This document shows, one piece after another, positions 1-12,213 of a stretch of DNA of 64,000 nucleotides. The stretch comes from Halocafeteria seosinensis. Taxonomy: Eukaryota. The notes beneath the pieces are model-generated. The model saw only the letters and a program-made list of their open reading frames with translations. It did not search any database and had not been told where the DNA came from. Within the stretch, counting starts at the first letter, position 1. The number at the start of each line of letters is the position of its first letter. The translations under genes and the position numbers were made by a program. The stretch is taken from NCBI GenBank assembly GCA_001687465.1, contig LVLI01000121.1, forward strand, positions 1 to 64,000. Reading direction: 5' to 3'.

Positions 1-3000
1 CTTGAGGAATCAATGAGACATTCTCTGTACCCCAAAACAAGGCATCCGCGTTCACATTGGGAAGGTCCCCACCCGCTGGAGTCCCACCCGACAAAGTGTA
101 TACTGCACTATAGGCAGACGTAATCCCTCGGGAGGCGTTCAGCAGAAGTGTTTCTGCATCATTCCCCTCTAAGAGCTCTTGCCAATTCGTCCCGACGACC
201 GAATACAATGAGAGGAGGTTCTTAGACAAATCAACAGCGGACAATGAAGTCTGTTCTTGTAGGTTTTCAACGATTGCAGTGCAGGAAGCCTTGATAACCA
301 TCGCAAGCAAATGCTGTAACTTCGTAGCCTCAGCAGTGTTGGGTTCGAGTAGCATTGCTTTACTCTTCCCCAGGGCTTGGATAGGATCGAAGAGATGCTC
401 GCCAAGCACATCATCTTGGTAGTCAGTTCGGCGATTCGTCGGATTGTTGATGTTATCGACTATGGTTTTGCAAAGCGCATAAACCAAGTCTTCACCTGCA
501 GCCGTAGAGACTCCTTCCTCCGATTCGGAAAGCAGAGATGCTAGCGTCTCTAGCAGACTCCAATACTGTCCCGTGGGAAGAGCAGAGAGCCTATATTCCT
601 TTCCATGCACAATTTCTGAACGAATTTGCTCGAGTGTATAGTAAAGTAACGGATTGATCGGAGATATTCGCAGAGCCGGGAGTCGGTTGTCACCTTCCGA
701 AAACATATCGAGCCAAATATTTACAAGTCCCACGATGGGAGTCCTATTGCTGCTGTAAACGTTCTCAGCAAGTTTTCTCTGAGATGAAGCGACCACGTCA
801 TTCAAGATTTTCTCCGAGCCCTTTCCCCCAGTGTGGATGATACTCTGTACACTTTCTACAAGCGAGGCCAGGTCAACAAGTCGTAAGTCACTCCCTGGAA
901 TTCCCGGAGATACAAGTTTTGACCACTCTTGACCCAATTCCACTCCCCTAGCTGGAAGTTCTCCTTCCTTTGAAACCAAGCCATGAAGTTTTACAATTTC
1001 CAGAAGCTCCGAAAATCCCAACTTTTCTTTGCTGCTATACAACGTGGAGGAAACCAACCAAAAAGAATTAGTGGTTTCAGTATGAAGCTTTGGATCGTTC
1101 AAGGACGCAGCTACGCGCTCTGATTCACGAAGAGAGAATAGTAAATCCACAGCACCTTCCCCGTTACAGCATTCTAGCACCTTCGCGGGATCCTCAGTCA
1201 CAAGCTTGTTCAGATGTCTTAGCGCATCCTGCTGCAGTGTCATTCGATCGACAGTGTTCTCTAGAAGTCTGATCGAGTTGACATAGTAAAGAAGTGCAGA
1301 TGAGAATTGGGGCGAGCTTGTAAACTCTCCTTTGTCATTATAGCACATGAGATCTAATGAACGCCTTAAAATAAGCAACAAATGGGGAATTTCCGCGCGT
1401 GCTTCAGCCTCATCAAGGGACACTAAGTTGGCGGAGGTCATTTTCTCAATCCAATTTGAGCAAGACCGTACAAGCGAGAGCGCTGATTCATCAATGGTAC
1501 TTTTATCACCTGGTGGCAAAACTCCACCAAGAAAGTAATAGCAAAAATCTTCGAATGACTGAACAACAGCTCGCGAAACGGCAAAAGGTGTCTCCAACAT
1601 GTTGCCAAGAACCGATTCAAGTTGCTGAGTCATTGTCCGCACGTCTTCCATTTCGTAATTGTTCGCTCTCGACGGCAGCATGCATAGAGTGGAAAAACAC
1701 TTTTCACCTAAACGACGAATATCCTCCGTTGAAGCAAATTTATGTTCTTGCATCAGTTTGAGAGTGCTTAGAAAGAAAAGATCGGAAGTTATAATTTCCT
1801 CGTATTCCTCGAGAGGGTTTGCTGCACTCTGCAGTAAAACTCCATTGTATCTGTCGGTGAGACGAATAGTACCGTCCACAAGGCCAGACAAGTCCTTGGA
1901 AAGACCGGAGCGGGTTTTTCTGTCTCTCTCCAATGTGAACTCTTCCAAGGCTAGAGCTATGACATTTGATGACGCAGCTATAGATTTCTCCAAAGATCCT
2001 TGTAACAACTCATGATTTCCTCCCAAAGAATAACTTGCAATAACTCTCATCGCCTCTGCGAAGAACGGGCGATGAGGAGTCCCTAACAGAGCCAATTGCT
2101 CCAGCACACGCGCCAAGGTCTCTAGCGAAAAGTTTCGGAGAGGACTGTGTTCCTCACCATCAGTATCTCCAGGGCGTGCAAACTTGTACCACGATTTACT
2201 AAAAGGTAATAAATTATCTGCTATAGACGTGGCCAACAAAAGCATGTTTGGAGTATCCTGAATCTCGGATCCCTCCTGAATGACGAATAGGACAGAGCTT
2301 AATAGAGTAGGTAACTCCTCTATATCGACTTGAGCCAATTCCGGCCAAAGCCTATCTGCTAATGTGTCGTACAAGGTAGCATCCAACACATTGGATGAAG
2401 CAAATCTTTGGATCGCTGTGGTGAGTTCTTGCGGAGAGGCCTTCTCGGAAAGTAGCTTTGCAAGGAAATAGAAGGGAGACTCTTGCTTACTGCCTTCGTG
2501 AGATGGAAGGCTTGTATCCCCATATCCTCCATTCCAGAATGCCTCAGCGATAGGGATTAAGTCGTCGTAGTGCAGCGAGTCGGATAAGCCATCAAGCTTC
2601 TTGCTGATTAAACTCAAAACCATTGCCGGGTATGTATCAAGTTGGCATAGCGTTCCGCACACGTTACCGATCTCATCACCAGATAAGTCCATGAACATAG
2701 TCGAAAAACTCTTCGGGAATATGTCCTCGGTAAAGCATTTGATACTATTCACCACGAAAGCATATTCGTCATCCGTTACATTGTGATCGGTTCTGATGCT
2801 TCCAGAAAGGGCATCAGATGTCTTCACAAACACACCAGACAGAGTAGTGAACAGAGCAACTACATCGGAAGAATTGATGGGGGAAGCTCCTGCCGCCCGG
2901 GACGAAGAAGCACCCTCCTCCATATACGCGTGCAGCCGTTGCTCGTTCTCTGCTAACAACTCAATTTCCCGTTCAACAAGGTTCGGAATCATTTGGACTA

Positions 3001-4345
3001 TGTTTCTCAAATTTTCGGACGAGAACTGAGTCCTCGAATCCAGCCACTGGTAGAGTGATTGATGAACATTAAGAAGGTCATGAACCTCCATTACTCGTAT
3101 CTTGGTAGTGTTTAGTCCCTGAATGGCCGATGATGCAACCTGGGTAGCTGCTGAAGCGGTTGAAAGTGAAGCAGCTCGAAGCGCGTCACATAATATATGT
3201 CCGGTAACACTTTCCCACTCCGATGATGGGATTTTCGATGCTCTTGACAGAGTCAGAGACAATCCTTCGTGTATCGACTGGACTGCTGAGACCACCTGGG
3301 AAACACTTTTTGCCTCCTGGTGTTTCATCAATTGAGACAGTTTGCCCTCGAGAAAAAGTCGCAGCTCTGACATTTTACTAGGGCTACTACCCGCCCCAAA
3401 CCTCTCGGCGGCACTCTCCCTCAGAGTGGCAAAGGCATCCTCCAAAAGTGGGTCAGCCGAGATACTCTTCTCAATCGCCTTTAGGACACGAGAGGCATGT
3501 TGAGGAGCTAGTTGGGTTTCTTGGGAGGCTAAGTTGTCAGTCCAAAGTTGTAGCACTTCTGAAAAAGCATTGTAAGGCACATCAGGGGTTTCTGAGACAA
3601 TGCTGATTGCTGAAGCTATTCTCCCCAAAGGCCACGATGTGACAGTTTCACGGAATTCCTTACGAGCAACCACGGGAGCCGCCGCTTGGAGTAAATCCAC
3701 ATGTGCCGTATCCCGCGCTCTACGTATCGACTTAAACAGCAATATCGATTCGTTCGGTGGAAGACATGTCGGGTCCTCCATAAGTCTGTTGGCAAATCGG
3801 TGGCACAGTTCCTCATATCTGGTTTCCATTTCCAATTCGGCGGTACCAAAAATGTTTCGCTTTGCTCGACTCGTGTTCATCAGCTCCATCATCTTTGCAT
3901 CATAGTTGGGGTCCTCTCGAGGATTTAATGGGATTCCTAGACGTCTCTTGTGAACGTCAGCATCTTTCACAAATTTTGACACCTTTTGAAACAATTGCAG
4001 CAGCACCGGCGGGGTGAACCACTCGTCCGCGAAGTCGTCTGTAATCTCTAGTATCTCCCGCGCATTCCGGCATTGATCCACACGACCCATGAACTCGTCA
4101 ATATACAACTCACGCTCCATCGATTCCTGAAGACGACTGGAGTCCCGGGTTCGTGGCACTTCAAACTCCTCTTCCTCCTCCATATTTCCTTGATCAAATG
4201 CCGACGAAGCAAAGTGCGCACCATACACAGTACGTCTATGTGTAGCTGCCAGACGTATCCCCTGATATGGCCTTGTAAGAGCATGAGAAAGGCTCAAGTA
4301 TCGCCTCCATGATCTCAGCCCCACCACTCGGCCCACACGCAGCAT
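1..4345 (-). CDS. Large mitochondrion-targeted helical-repeat protein (OPR/HPR/FASTK-like), 3'-partial, >1448 aa
   Basis: ATG at 4345 opens a frame I translated at several points down to the window edge with no stop (absent from the ORF track because it lacks a stop in-window). N-terminus MLRVGRVVGLRSWRRYLSLSHALTRPYQGIRLAATHRRTVYGAHFASS is Arg-rich and acid-free, like a presequence. Internal units such as ASPQELTTAIQRFASSNVLDATLYDTLADRLWPEL and NFSLETLARVLEQLALLGTPHRPFFAEAMRVI resemble OPR/HPR repeats. Confidence 0.7.
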   Translation of the reverse strand, partial: MLRVGRVVGLRSWRRYLSLSHALTRPYQGIRLAATHRRTVYGAHFASSAFDQGNMEEEEEFEVPRTRDSSRLQESMERELYIDEFMGRVDQCRNAREILEITDDFADEWFTPPVLLQLFQKVSKFVKDADVHKRRLGIPLNPREDPNYDAKMMELMNTSRAKRNIFGTAELEMETRYEELCHRFANRLMEDPTCLPPNESILLFKSIRRARDTAHVDLLQAAAPVVARKEFRETVTSWPLGRIASAISIVSETPDVPYNAFSEVLQLWTDNLASQETQLAPQHASRVLKAIEKSISADPLLEDAFATLRESAAERFGAGSSPSKMSELRLFLEGKLSQLMKHQEAKSVSQVVSAVQSIHEGLSLTLSRASKIPSSEWESVTGHILCDALRAASLSTASAATQVASSAIQGLNTTKIRVMEVHDLLNVHQSLYQWLDSRTQFSSENLRNIVQMIPNLVEREIELLAENEQRLHAYMEEGASSSRAAGASPINSSDVVALFTTLSGVFVKTSDALSGSIRTDHNVTDDEYAFVVNSIKCFTEDIFPKSFSTMFMDLSGDEIGNVCGTLCQLDTYPAMVLSLISKKLDGLSDSLHYDDLIPIAEAFWNGGYGDTSLPSHEGSKQESPFYFLAKLLSEKASPQELTTAIQRFASSNVLDATLYDTLADRLWPELAQVDIEELPTLLSSVLFVIQEGSEIQDTPNMLLLATSIADNLLPFSKSWYKFARPGDTDGEEHSPLRNFSLETLARVLEQLALLGTPHRPFFAEAMRVIASYSLGGNHELLQGSLEKSIAASSNVIALALEEFTLERDRKTRSGLSKDLSGLVDGTIRLTDRYNGVLLQSAANPLEEYEEIITSDLFFLSTLKLMQEHKFASTEDIRRLGEKCFSTLCMLPSRANNYEMEDVRTMTQQLESVLGNMLETPFAVSRAVVQSFEDFCYYFLGGVLPPGDKSTIDESALSLVRSCSNWIEKMTSANLVSLDEAEARAEIPHLLLILRRSLDLMCYNDKGEFTSSPQFSSALLYYVNSIRLLENTVDRMTLQQDALRHLNKLVTEDPAKVLECCNGEGAVDLLFSLRESERVAASLNDPKLHTETTNSFWLVSSTLYSSKEKLGFSELLEIVKLHGLVSKEGELPARGVELGQEWSKLVSPGIPGSDLRLVDLASLVESVQSIIHTGGKGSEKILNDVVASSQRKLAENVYSSNRTPIVGLVNIWLDMFSEGDNRLPALRISPINPLLYYTLEQIRSEIVHGKEYRLSALPTGQYWSLLETLASLLSESEEGVSTAAGEDLVYALCKTIVDNINNPTNRRTDYQDDVLGEHLFDPIQALGKSKAMLLEPNTAEATKLQHLLAMVIKASCTAIVENLQEQTSLSAVDLSKNLLSLYSVVGTNWQELLEGNDAETLLLNASRGITSAYSAVYTLSGGTPAGGDLPNVNADALFWGTENVSLIPQ

Positions 4346-5733
4346 TGCACTGTTGTATCACAGGTCCACCCTCCCTAATGATGTAAATATCGTATACGCG
4401 CCATTTGGCGATATTAGGCGATGCTTGGAAATCAATCAATACAATGAATTCTCTTGACTCAAGCGTACCCCTGCGACCAGCGCAACTGCTGGGGAGGCAA
4501 CACCGGTATAACAAACGCAAGAGGTACATGTTCTTTCGTACGTATGTCCCTCGCAACAAATGCACTGAAAAACATCGTTTGAGGGAAGGAGTAGCAAAAA
4601 GAAAGAAGGAACAGTCACTATTGTTGTACGTACAACGGAGACGTTGACTCTCACGTTCAGGACCGTCATTTCGTCGAAAATAAACTACTGTAATCCCCGC
4701 AATGTTCCCGATGACGAGCCAGTATAGTAGCAATTAATAACCGTCGAGGGTTGTTTGGCTACCAATTAATGCCGCGTATATTGAATGCTATTTGTAGGTT
4801 TATAGCGAGTATTTGTTTATTACCATAGAAACATCCCTGGAAGGGTTTAGGCCCATTCCCTTTGTGCTAAAGCACCTATGGCGCGGGCGTCACCTGGTCC
4901 CCTTTCTCTTAATTTGCGCCTCCTGCATCTGAAGTTTCATATTGACTGAACGTGTACATATTCACTGGGTAGCAAAGCACTGTGAGAAAATGTCTTCGAA
5001 CCGTGACAAAGCCAATTCCTCCCAGGAAGATAGCGACGACAAGAATGTGATCGAAGATTGCACCATCTCGCTTGCGTCTCGAAAAAACTTGAAAACCCCT
5101 GGGTTTGTCTTCAAAAATAAACTCTACTGCAAGCAAGCGAACGTTCCCCCGGACCCCTCGGGCTTGACGGCTCACGGTGACTCGTCGGTGAGGCGGTCCT
5201 GAGGCCTTACAACCCCGCACCAACACAGCAAGCGGTGGAAGCGTCTACATAGACTGATCCATGGACCATGGCGCCATGGCTCTGTGGGTTGCACCGTCCT
5301 CGTTAACCAAAGAACAGGAACGCAGGTAAAGCTCTTCGTGCTGAGTCCGGACGATTGCTTCGGTGGGTCTCGATAGACTTAGCCCTCCATCGATTCCTGG
5401 AGACGACTAGATGAACTCGGACTTCCTGGTTGAATGGCGGTACTTCAAACTTCTCTTAGTCCTGTATTTTGTCTGGATCAAACGCCGATGAAGCAAAGTG
5501 CGCTCATTATCGTGGAATAGACCTGAATGCGAGCCGAGGAGCAGGAACATGGGCAGTGGGGCAAAAGAGTCTGAGAACCCCCGGTATATCTTTTAGGATA
5601 TACAATAGATTCATACTAGTGTATTGGCGGAATCATACTTGTATGATATGTGATTTCCTCGGAGCACTGTAAACAACTGTGCCGCGTAACACCGCACAAA
5701 GACCCGAGGAACGCCGTTACGTTCGCGAGAAGC

Positions 5734-7585
5734 TTAGTGGCTTGCTTCTATGTAGGCCTCGAAGCAGGGAAAGCGAGCATTATCGTATTGCTGTAAATCA
5801 AAGGCGAGATGCATTACCCCGCCAACGCCTGCAGGAAGAGATAAAGTTCTCAATCCTTAACGCACGACTACACATAATAGCGGTGCAACTCGTACCTTCA
5901 AAAAGAGAGTGAGGAGATTCACCTCCGTGTATATGCCCCTCCTTAATATATTTCCGGTAGTGTTTGAACAGGAACTCGGCAAACATCATCCCTCGGTGGA
6001 TATAATCGTCAGAATTCAATTCGGACTCTACTTGCATGCTCTCTTCAATGTGCCGAAAGAGGCGATACATGGATATGTGTACATATGTGTTCCCTGCAAT
6101 GCCGTGGCATACCCCAACTCTCCTAAGGAGACCGCGATGCCACACAACCTCCGCCGCGTCCACTGCTCCCTGTATGTAACGTTGTTTTCCGAATACTTTG
6201 AACGCTTTGGCGAGTGTCATGCACCAGCCAGGTGCACCGTGGCACCAATGAACGAGTTTATCTTTAGACGAGTCGATGCTTGATCGAAAATTGCCACTGC
6301 ACGAACGTTCACACATTGCTCACAGGTTGTTGATCGAAGCATTTTCAATATACATACCTGTTAAATCTGAAGTACTTCAGACAGTGATCAATGGTCTTCC
6401 TCACCAGTTTCGCTTCATCTTCGTGTAGTAAATTGGTAACACACAGTAACTCGTGCACAATGCCAGCAACTCCGTGTGCCGCTCCCAGGTACCTGCGGTG
6501 AAGAGCATAGAAAGAGCCGTGGATGAATTTGCTGTAACAATGAGACGTATTGTACCTACTTTTTGTCATGCCACTCCCACATGAGTGGACACTCCTCGTT
6601 TCCTAGTCTCTTGCCACTTGAAATTATGGCCTTGGCGACCATTTGAATTTCCTGTAAATCATCGACCCTGCTACACCCAGCATAGGACTCCGCGGCTGAG
6701 CACAATTCTCACGTACATTAGTGGGAATAATTTCAGATCCGCATTGCTCATTTATAAATCTTTGCGCGTGTAAGTATCCAGCTCTTCCAAACAGTAGTTC
6801 GTCATACTCATGGGGCTGCGAGGCTTGCAAAATAGTGAGGTAGAGCTCATTCATATTACCATGCCTGTGCTTACATCTTGTGCTGTTGCAATCAGCTTAC
6901 GGACGCCCTCCACACAGGTGTCCCGGTGCTCCTTATACCCCAGAGCATGATATAATGCAGCTCCGAGTGCATATGGCCCCACGGGTCCTGTGAGAAACGA
7001 GATGCGTTTCTTGTGGCGCTCTGATTCGCTGATACACTGGTTGATGCCATGAGCGCAGAAGGAGCCCAGCTCGGTATCGCCTGTTTGGCGGTACCTAAAA
7101 TAGAGTCTGTCATTGTATATAACATAAGGAAATGAGCCCTCTAGAATTCCTCCAATGTGTAGAATTCTTGAAGGACGTACGAGTAGAGGATACCACAAAG
7201 TCCCGTGTAGATGGACGAATCAAATGATCTCTTATCATTCATCCTCTCTTCTACGACTTGTGTCAATTGTCTCTGGAGCTTTTCGGCTTCCGTATTGGCC
7301 CTGTATTGCGTCGATAAACGTCGAAGGGAATCCTAGCTTATTCTTCCACAAGACGAGCATTTAATTGCCATTACAGTACGTACAGCTTTTTCACAGTCTC
7401 CACATGCTCATGCAATAGTGTTTGGTCAGAGGGGGCCTTCTTGGGGAAATTATGCTCTGTAATGTATTGCATAGAGAGCGTGTAAAAAGGGGAAGGGACC
7501 ACGATCTTGCTCAGTGCGTACCGAAATAGCGATCCGCCATAGTGATAGCGCTGCCCGATGCGTATGGATCGTTATACGACGCCAT
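5734..7585 (-). CDS. LANCL: LanC-like protein (eukaryotic LANCL), multi-exon
   Basis: Spliced motifs MADRYFEHNFP, SIYTGLCGI, ELLFGRAGYL, YLGAAHGVAGI, WCHGAPG, CHGIAGN, SLFEG|VGGVMHLAFDL..ARFPCFE; Zn ligands Cys/Cys/His present; GT-AG introns join the frames. Confidence 0.93.
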
Positions 7586-7711
7586 TTTTTATGATGAATA
7601 ATAATGTGTTATCATGATATAGCAAATGGCATACGTGTTTCCTCGTGTATGTGTATGAGTTGCTTGACAAGCCTGCATGTAGTTTCCTTCTGATAGAATC
7701 GTACCACCACG

Positions 7712-10293
7712 ATGAGGCGTATATACAGCATTCAATGCTCTATGAGGAATACGAGAGTGCCGTGGCAGAGATTATTAGGCCCGTATACATGTATACAGAG
7801 GAGCACAACATCGACTGAATTCTCGATTCTTCTCAGCAGGAATTCGGTCTCCTCGTGGAACTCATTTAGAACACCGATTCGGCGTATGAGTTCCACTGAT
7901 AATACTCAGATAAGCAATGGACCCGATGGTTGTATGGGACAATTGGACAAGGACATACGTGATCGAATACAGAAGTCGATTCCCGACTTCCAGCCTACGC
8001 AGGTGCAACAGAAGGTGAGGATTCCTTTCATGCTCTATCAAGTGCGATAGTGTGAGTATATACTGAGCAAAACACCTGTGTTCATGTTTCATGCTATGCA
8101 GGCTCTTGGGCCTTTATTAGAAGGCAAAGATGGACTAATTTGCTCTGAAACTGGAAGTGGCAAGACGTTGGCCTACTTGATTCCTCTGATGCAGAGGTTA
8201 TTTTATTCGACAGATATTACGAGTGGGGTCTCCAACGACACAACAGGAGATCCTCGTCTTGTTATTCTGGTACCTACGCAAGAACTAGTGCATCAATTAA
8301 TCGGTGTAATTCGTCAATTATGGCCAAGGAATCGAGAGTCCCCTCAGCAAAAGAAGTCAATGGAGGAAGGAGATGAATTGTCTATTGGGGACACAACAGT
8401 GCCATGCTATTCAAATGTTGGTCCGGGTAAATCACACAGAGCTCATACAATAGTCGGGACTCCGAGAGCTGTCCTCGAGAATATACCACCTAGACGGCTT
8501 CGAGGTGTGCAGGCTCTTGTCCTGGACGAAGCTGATCTCCTTCTTTCAGGTAAGTCCATTCGAAGTGTCGAAATGGATGCAATTACTAATTTTCATGTGT
8601 TGCTGCTGCTTGCATACCTCAGGAGACTACGCAAATGCAACGACGGACGTACTTGACATCTTTCTGCCCCGACACCTTATGGCTCGACCTCCGCAATACG
8701 TCTTTTGCGGTGCAACAATACCTAACAGAGGGAAACGATCTGTTGCTGCATATATCGATCGGTTTTTCAAGTAGGTCACTATTTACTTGACTGTGCCTCG
8801 CTTTCTAGCCGTATTCATGCACGGTGCATTGATTATCTACTTGCAGAAACGCGGTGCAGATCTTTTCTGACAGAAAACATAAACAGAATGAATCACTGAC
8901 GACGTCCTACATGACTGTGGATGAAGCTGAAAACATTTATAACCCGGAAGTGAAAACGAAACTAGATATCCTGTTCAAAACAGCTATCAACTCCACCAGC
9001 GGCGGAGCTAGCGGTGCAAGGGACATTGACCCTGAAGATATCTCGAATGCCATAGGAACTGCGCGGTCAAATACGCTAACTCGGAACGAGCATTCTAAAG
9101 CATTGTATAATTATACAGATATGGATAGTGAACCATCGTTCGACAATATCTCCATCGATGAAATGGTGGATGGGAGGAACAAGGACTTGATCCAGTATAC
9201 GATATTTGAAAACACGGTAGTTCCATCGCAGGGAGTACTACAAGAGTATCATGCCGCTCTAGACGCTGAAGCGGAGAGAAAGGAGCACGTGGACCATATG
9301 AAACGTCAGGCCTTATTGGAGCTCCTGTTGATGCCAACCCAATATCGAGGTAGGTTGACACATGAATCGCGACATGAGTCCCGCTTCGACCTTGCACTGG
9401 ATGATATTCTCCGGAAGCAAAGTGGTAAGAACCCCTTGATTGCCCAATTTGAAGAAGAAAAGGCATTGGGCCGTATCGGCAAGCATAATGGCGGCGAGAG
9501 GAGTAACTTGGGGCGCCACGCGCGACGGAAGAGGGCTAAAGAAGATCACTATCAGCAATTAATCGCGTCAAAATCCACGAAAGGCCTTGAAGCAGAAGAC
9601 TCCACTTCAGCAGAACCTGCTTTCGGGAGGATACTGTTACCTGGAACTCTAGTTTTCTGCAATTCTGCCAAACGAGCAAGCGAACTGACGGAGTGGTTAC
9701 AAGAGCGAACGTCGTCTCGAGTAGCGGCGGGATTGCACCGAATGTTACCGAAGAAGAAACGCCAACAAAATCTGCAACGCTTCTTAGATGGCCAGCTTCC
9801 TATTTTGGTCTGCACCGATATTGCATCTCGGGGAATAGATACCACACATGTGCGTCATGTGATCCAGTATGACTTTGCAACAGACATAGTTAGCTACTTT
9901 CACCGGATCGGTAGGACAGGGAGGATGAATACTCACGGCTATGCATCACATATTGTTTCAAGAGATGACGCGTCTTTAGCCGCTGCAGTTCGATTCGTAG
10001 AAGAAAACGGATACGACATTGAAGGACTCTTCTCTCGAAAGCGGGGATTCCGGAGAAGGCTACGCCGGAGCCAAGAATTTCTTCAGCAAGAGAAAGAAGA
10101 ATGGGAGTCTCTGTTGTCTGAGACAGAATACAGTCACGGCAAGTTAGAAAAGTTTACAAACCATGCATCCATGGAGAGCTCTATGGAGGTAGCCGAGGAC
10201 GCCTCGAAGAGCTCTCAGAAGCGGAGGAAGTCGAAGCGAAGAAAAGGAATGATTAAAGGTGCATACGGTATGGATCTAGGTGTTATGTCCTGA
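7712..10293 (+). CDS. DEAD-box RNA helicase, probably mitochondrial (DDX28-like)
   Basis: Q motif (PTQVQ), SETGSGKT, PTQEL, GTP, DEAD, motif III CGAT, LVFCNS, TDIASRGID, HRIGRTGR; Arg-rich N-terminus; three introns. Confidence 0.88.
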
Positions 10294-10727
10294 ATGTGTG
10301 AAAAGACGGTTGCCAACATAGATGGCCAAAGAACTTCCTTTACCACCGGAGCTTTTCTCATATCCGACAGGGCATAGTCATCCGTCTACTTGGTATCCGA
10401 TATTGGCGTATTGGTCACACACCGGAAGGTGGGGTTAAGGCTTCGGGAACTGCTGTTGATGGATATGAGTCAAGTAACACTCGATCGTAGGAGGTTGAAG
10501 TATGTTGTCGTATTGCCTTTACTGGGAACGACGAAAATTGATTCAATTGACTCGCTTTGGTTAGAGTGATCCAAGGAAATACCTAAGAAGTACAAGTTGT
10601 TGAGCGTTGGAAATAGTTTCTAATACTTGTTTCAGTCGAGTTTTGTTGAAATTAATACCATGCTTGATTGTTTTTGTAGGGTATCATTTAGGCGTTCAGG
10701 TTTTACAGCACTTACACTCTGTTGCAT

Positions 10728-11874
10728 TTATTGCGCCGGCTTAGCACCTCTATGGTAGTATCCGCGGGTAGAGGGGCAACCACCCTCACAGTTGGCACAG
10801 TTGTTTCCACAGCCCGTCCGAGTGCTAGGAGGATTCCCGGTAGAGATGCAGCATGGGGCCTCCCCGTCACACTGCATTTTACAGCCATTGATGGCATACT
10901 CGGTAGTCAAGCTGTCGTCTACCAAACCCCAGTTGACCTGCCCATTGGTACACAATGAGTAATCGTTTTTACTACTGAGTCCATTGAAACAATTGGCTCC
11001 AAATTCCCAGGAGACATGCGCTTTATGTATCCAATTTCGGTTCTTGAAGTACCTCACCCATTTTGTTCCGTATGCACTGGTGCTCGTGCGCGGTTGGACA
11101 GTCTCCAGCCCTTGGCACAGGGCGTTCACCCGAAAATGAGGAAGAAGCGCATTGCTGCAGACATGCTCAGCGTCACCAGGTTCTAATTTCCCTGAGTGTG
11201 AAGCGGTGTTGTCCGCTGAATAAAAGTGGTAGTCAATTCCGGCATCATCGTGAACTCTAAGGAACATTATCATGGCCACCCCACCTGAATAATGTAGAAC
11301 GGAAGCAGTGTAATTTAGACTCTGGGAGTTCAAATATGAAGGCCATCCAGGAGCTTTGAGACACAGATGAGAATGTGTGTAAGTAGTCGTCGAACCGCTG
11401 TGGGAACCGTCAGCTACAGTCCAACCACAGCTATAAGAATAAGAATCCACTTCACGTTGCTTGTCTAACTCTTCCTGCGCAACGTTCACAAAATCACAAT
11501 TCTTTTGTTGGAGGTAATGCATGTGCACACCAAAAGGAAATTGAGTCTGACCGCATTGGTCATACATCTCCTCGCGTTGCGTGTCGTTGAATCCTTTCCA
11601 ATGTTCGTACATACACTTGGCAGCTGGGGTTAGGCAGGAGCATGGGCGTTCGTGGAAAGAGTATTGCTCACATCCAGGAGGAGGACTCAAGCTGCATTCT
11701 TTGATCCACGAACATTCGCTGCCGAGAGTTGTGGCATCTGCCGGGAAGTAAAGTCTGCGTGGAAAAGATTCTTCAAGTTAGCGGTTCTAGCGTCTTAAGA
11801 TCATGATATCGTGGAAGAAAAAACGTGCCCTGTCACAACTCGGTTTACTCAAGCACGTCTCTATGGACGTCCAT
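10728..11874 (-). CDS. Cysteine-rich protein of unknown function (5' end uncertain)
   Basis: Open frame of about 340 codons with Cys clusters at both ends; frame continues upstream to an acceptor (ccacgcag, about 11756); a possible short first exon MDVHRDVLE starts at 11874. Confidence 0.6.
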
Positions 11875-12213
11875 CTTTATTTATAGCAGTGATAGGAAAC
11901 CTTGCTAGTAAGCGTCAAGTAATACGCGGGTTCCGAAAATTTTCCGTTAAGATTTTTCCACCTTCTTTGTTTCTTTACGCGTTCCCTTTTGAGTCGACCC
12001 TCGGTTCCTCAAGAACTCCGAGAACGAAGGCACTTACTTATCACTTTTTTCAGCCTGCACAGTGTAGGCCACAGTGCACAGCGCGAGTACAATCGCGAAG
12101 GTTCGCATTTTCGACGAACCGATAGAGAGAATCGTATAAACCAGTCGTTAAGTCTCGAAATATCAATCCTGCTTGATCCTGATAGTATGAAACTGGAACA
12201 GCGTGGTGGATGT

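Noticed and set aside
1090..4733. Many short plus- and minus-strand ORFs in the track
   Set aside because: Shadow frames of the long minus-strand ORF; the same applies to antisense ORFs over other genes (e.g. 59587-60591, 40986-41645, 13004-13603).
4990..5433. Short ORF MSSNRDKANSSQED... with nearby splice-like sites
   Set aside because: Could not build a unique in-phase model or recognise homology; may be a small real gene but is unsupported.
5734..7585. LanC as a sign of a lanthipeptide cluster
   Set aside because: Intron-containing eukaryotic LANCL; no LanB, precursor peptide or transporter nearby.
10300..10450. Minus-strand frame CDQYANIGYQVDG*LCPVGYEK suggesting selenocysteine
   Set aside because: Short, no start codon, no recognisable selenoprotein motif or SECIS.
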